From: the human T2T-CHM13v2.0 reference genome, Homo sapiens
DNA length: 64,000 bases
NCBI RefSeq assembly: GCF_009914755.1
Contig: NC_060927.1
Reading direction: 5' to 3' (one strand)
Shown: positions 57,251 to 64,000 of the stretch, one piece after another
Layout of the letters: the number at the start of each line of letters is the position of its first letter
Numbering within the stretch: the stretch's first letter is position 1
Translations under genes and position numbers: made by a program
The notes under the pieces: model-generated
The model's input: the letters and a program-made list of their open reading frames with translations, nothing else
Told to the model about the DNA's origin: nothing
Database searches by the model: none

Positions 57251-57570
57251 ACAATCATGTCAATAGGAATACATTCTAGAAAGTACATCTTTAGGTGATT
57301 TCATTGCTATATGAATATCATGGAGTGCACTTACACAAATCTAGATGGTGTAGCCTACCTCACACCTAGGCTATACGGCATAGCCTATTGCTTCTAGGCT
57401 CAAACCTGTACAGCATGTTACTGTCCTGAATACTGTAGGCAATTGTAACACAATATAAGTATTTGTGTTTCTAAACATATCAAAACATGGAAGAGGTACA
57501 GTAAAAATACCGCATTATAATCTTATGGGACCACTATGCAGTCCATCATGGAGGGAAGCATGCAGTTCAT
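57251..57570 (+). mobile_element. Tigger3-like DNA transposon
   Basis: ttacacaaatctagatggtgtagcctac...cacacctaggctata...aaacctgtacagcatgttactg...tataatcttatgggaccac. Confidence 0.8.
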
Positions 57571-57670
57571 GACATGTGTGGGTGTGTGTGTGTGTGTATT
57601 TGTTACTTATAAGGCAAAGAAAATTAGGCTGTATCAGACTTTTTGACAGCAACACTTAAATGGCAAAAGA

Positions 57671-60108
<2,438 letters not shown>

Positions 60109-61047
60109 TTAAAGATGCTCACTTGGGTGAAAAAATAAAAGTTGGGGAATGATTACAGTAAAAAGATAACGGTTATTCTTAGGAGGGAGGGAAGAGATGG
60201 AGTTTATAGGAAACATGAAGGGCTCTGGAGTAGCTGGCAGAGTCCCATCTCCTTGGTAGCAGTTAGAAGGGTATGTTATAATTAAGCTGTACATTTGTTT
60301 TATTCTCTGTGTGTTATGTTTAAGAAAACAAACAGAATCTGACCTGGCCACTATAAACTGGCGAACAGCTCTGCTACTAAGAGGCCGGAGGTAATTTGTT
60401 GAGCTCATGTCTGATTTATTTCTATATGCCTAGAGCCTAGCAGTACCTGACCAGGGTAAGTTATTCAATAAATGTTTTGTGGGGTGAGTACATGAGTTTG
60501 AAGAAGCCTCCAACCCATTCCCACACCCGTTTTGGCACCTCACGGAGCTTTCCAGTGCCGCTGGATGGATCTGTGTGGGCACCCCACACACTTAAGCTCT
60601 GCCTAAGTGGACTGGAAGGGAGTTTCAAACTAGGGCTCTGTTTGGAAGTGCGTCTGGTAAACTCCACCAACCTCACCCTCTGTCCCCCATCCCTTTCAAC
60701 AAGAGCGTGTTCTGTGTCCTCTGGCCTCCTGACACTCTACTCCTACAAAGCAGTTCTCTTCTCCCTGTCCGTCTTTCTCTCCCAAGCTCTCTGCTGTGTA
60801 TTCAGGACATCTTCGCTTTTCCTTGGCAGAAAACACTACTTCCCTCCATCTAATCTCTTGGCCCTTGCTGAATTGTGGCCTTTCCTTAGGACATTGCCTA
60901 CCTTGTAGCCCATTGAAGTGGAGGCTGCTGGATCTTTTATACCTTGTTGCACAGAGGTTCTCCCTACGTTTGTCCAGACACATACATCTTGTCCCTCAGA
61001 TTAAAAACTCCTCCTCTACCAATGCTCCCACCATCAGTGATTTTATC

Positions 61048-62176
<1,129 letters not shown>

Positions 62177-62179
62177 GAG

Positions 62180-63325
62180 CCCCCTTTTCTCTTTCAGTAA
62201 ACAACCTTGTTTCCTGCTTCACTGAGAAGATGGATGCTATCGGGCAAGAACGCACTGAACTTTTGCCCTGCCCTCCACCCCGAAAGAGACGTACGTCTTT
62301 TCAGTCCCTCACCTCTTCTCCAGTGTTTCTGAATAGGATATCTCTTTTATCTTCAAGACCAACTTCCATACCCTGGGCTGCCTTACGTTCACCTCCCTGG
62401 AGACCCTGTTCCTTTAGTCATCCTCTCTTCTTTATCATTATCCTCTTACTTGCCATGACCAGTGAGCATTGGGAATGCCACATAAGTAAAGAGAGGTTCC
62501 ACACCCGCTCCAGGTAATGCTGTTCCTTGCCCACTGCTGGTTCACGGAGTGTAATTGCTCCTGCCTGAATGAATTCCAGTCACTCATTTCCCCTTCTTAT
62601 CCACACTTCTCTAAATAGTAATCTTCAACCCGTCGCCTCCCACTCTCTCCCTGAACAGACCTCAGTTTGGCTCTCCCCACACTCCTGAACATGCTCTTAT
62701 CAAGTTTCAGGGGTGGCCTCCTTGTCCCCAAATCCAATGGACACATTTTTCAGTCTCTTATACAGGACCTCTGTGCTCGACTTGACCAGCTGACTTTCCC
62801 CTTAAACTCTACATCCTTGGTTTCTATAAAGCCACACTCATGATTCTCCTCCTGACCCCTCTCCTTTGTGGACATCTGTTCCTCTGACAGTGCTTTATCC
62901 TGCAGTGCTCTCCAGCATTCCAGAGCTCCATGCTCTCTCCACACCACACAGTCGCCCAGAGCAGGCTCCTCTATGCTTCCAGTTTCCACCACTACCTGGA
63001 TACCGATGCTTCTGACCCAGATTTTTCTCTTGAGCTCCCAAATCCATATGTCAGCTGACTGCTGGACAACTCCACCAAGGCATCTCACATGCATCTTAAA
63101 CTTAGCACATCTCAAACGGAACTGATCATCTTGCTCCCCTGCTATACTGGCAGATCTTTCTAGTCCCCAAGCAAAAACTTTAACCCTCTTTTTGCCAGCC
63201 TGTGTGTTATTCCCATAGTCAGTTGGTTCCCTTCTACTTCCTGAAGATGGAACTTCTTACTTCTCTTAGACCCACTGCGACCTCCTTGTTTCAGGCCAGG
63301 CTTCTGGTTTCTCTTTTACTGAAGT
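62180..63325 (+). mobile_element. L2 LINE fragments
   Basis: Pyrimidine-rich L2-like blocks (ttcactgagaagatgga, aaatccaatggacac, catcttaaacttagcacatctcaaac). Confidence 0.65.
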
Positions 63326-63331
63326 GGTCTC

Positions 63332-63716
63332 TGATATGGTTTCGCTGTTTGTCCCCACCAAACCTCATGTTGAAATGTCATCCCCAGTGTTGGCGGTGGG
63401 GCCTGGTGGGAGGTGAGTGGATCATGGGGGTGGGTCCCTCATGAATGGTTTAGTGTCATCCCCTTGGTGATGGGTGAGTTCTCGCACAGTTAATTCACAC
63501 ACATGAGATCTGGTTGTTTAAGAGCCTGGGACTGCCCTCTTCTCTCTGTCTTGCTCCTGCCCTTGCCGTGTGACACGCTGGCTTCCCCTAACCTTGCACC
63601 ATGATTGTAAGCTTCCTGAAGCCTCACTAGAAGCAAATGCCAGCAACATGCTACCTGTACAGTTTGCAGAGCCATGCGCCAAAATAAATCTCTTTTCTTT
63701 ATAAATTGCCCAGTTT
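63332..63716 (+). mobile_element. MST-family MaLR LTR
   Basis: tgatatggttt...ccccaccaaacctcatgttgaaatg...catgattgtaagcttcctga...aaataaatctcttttctttataaattgcccagt. Confidence 0.88.
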
Positions 63717-64000
63717 GGCCAGGTGCAGTGGCTCATGCCTGCAATCCCAGCACTTTGGGAGACTGAGACAGGAAGATTGCTTGAGCCCAGGAGTTTGAGA
63801 CCAGCCTGGGTAACATAACAAGACCCCGTTTCTATAAAAAATTATAATAATAAGGCCGGGAGCAGTGGCTCACGCCTATAATCCCAGCACTTTGGGAGGC
63901 CAAGGTGGGTGGATCACGAGGTCAAGAGATCGAGACCATCTTGGCCAACATGGTGAAACCCCATCTCTACTAAAAATACAAAAATTAGCTGGGCGTGGTG
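63717..64000 (+). mobile_element. Alu monomer and Alu truncated by window end
   Basis: Alu motifs. Confidence 0.9.

Overview
This is primate, almost certainly human, genomic DNA (Alu-, L1- and MIR-rich). It carries most of SETD5 on the + strand. I traced 20 constitutive coding exons (1760-44007) by GT-AG boundaries. They sum to 4258 nt; adding the 71 coding nt expected upstream of the window gives 4329 nt, or 1442 aa plus stop, matching SETD5 as I recall it. A ~2 kb 3' UTR runs to ~46060, followed by ~18 kb of repeat-dense intergenic DNA. In-frame alternative segments resemble the paralog KMT2E/MLL5: a 57-nt acceptor extension carrying a DHNY HCF-1 motif, a 39-nt microexon and a 57-nt cassette exon. 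Several candidate poison exons are also present. The most unusual signal lies in the intron after 16546: a ~4.2 kb decayed element with DIRS1-type terminal topology (left ITR, internal complementary region, right ITR) and ordered RT, RNase H and tyrosine-recombinase motif remnants, although DIRS elements are generally considered absent from mammals. Its 3' end forms a hairpin in which a U1-identical 10-mer can pair with a strong cryptic 5' splice site. All homology calls are from memory and by-eye alignment, not database searches; repeat boundaries are approximate.
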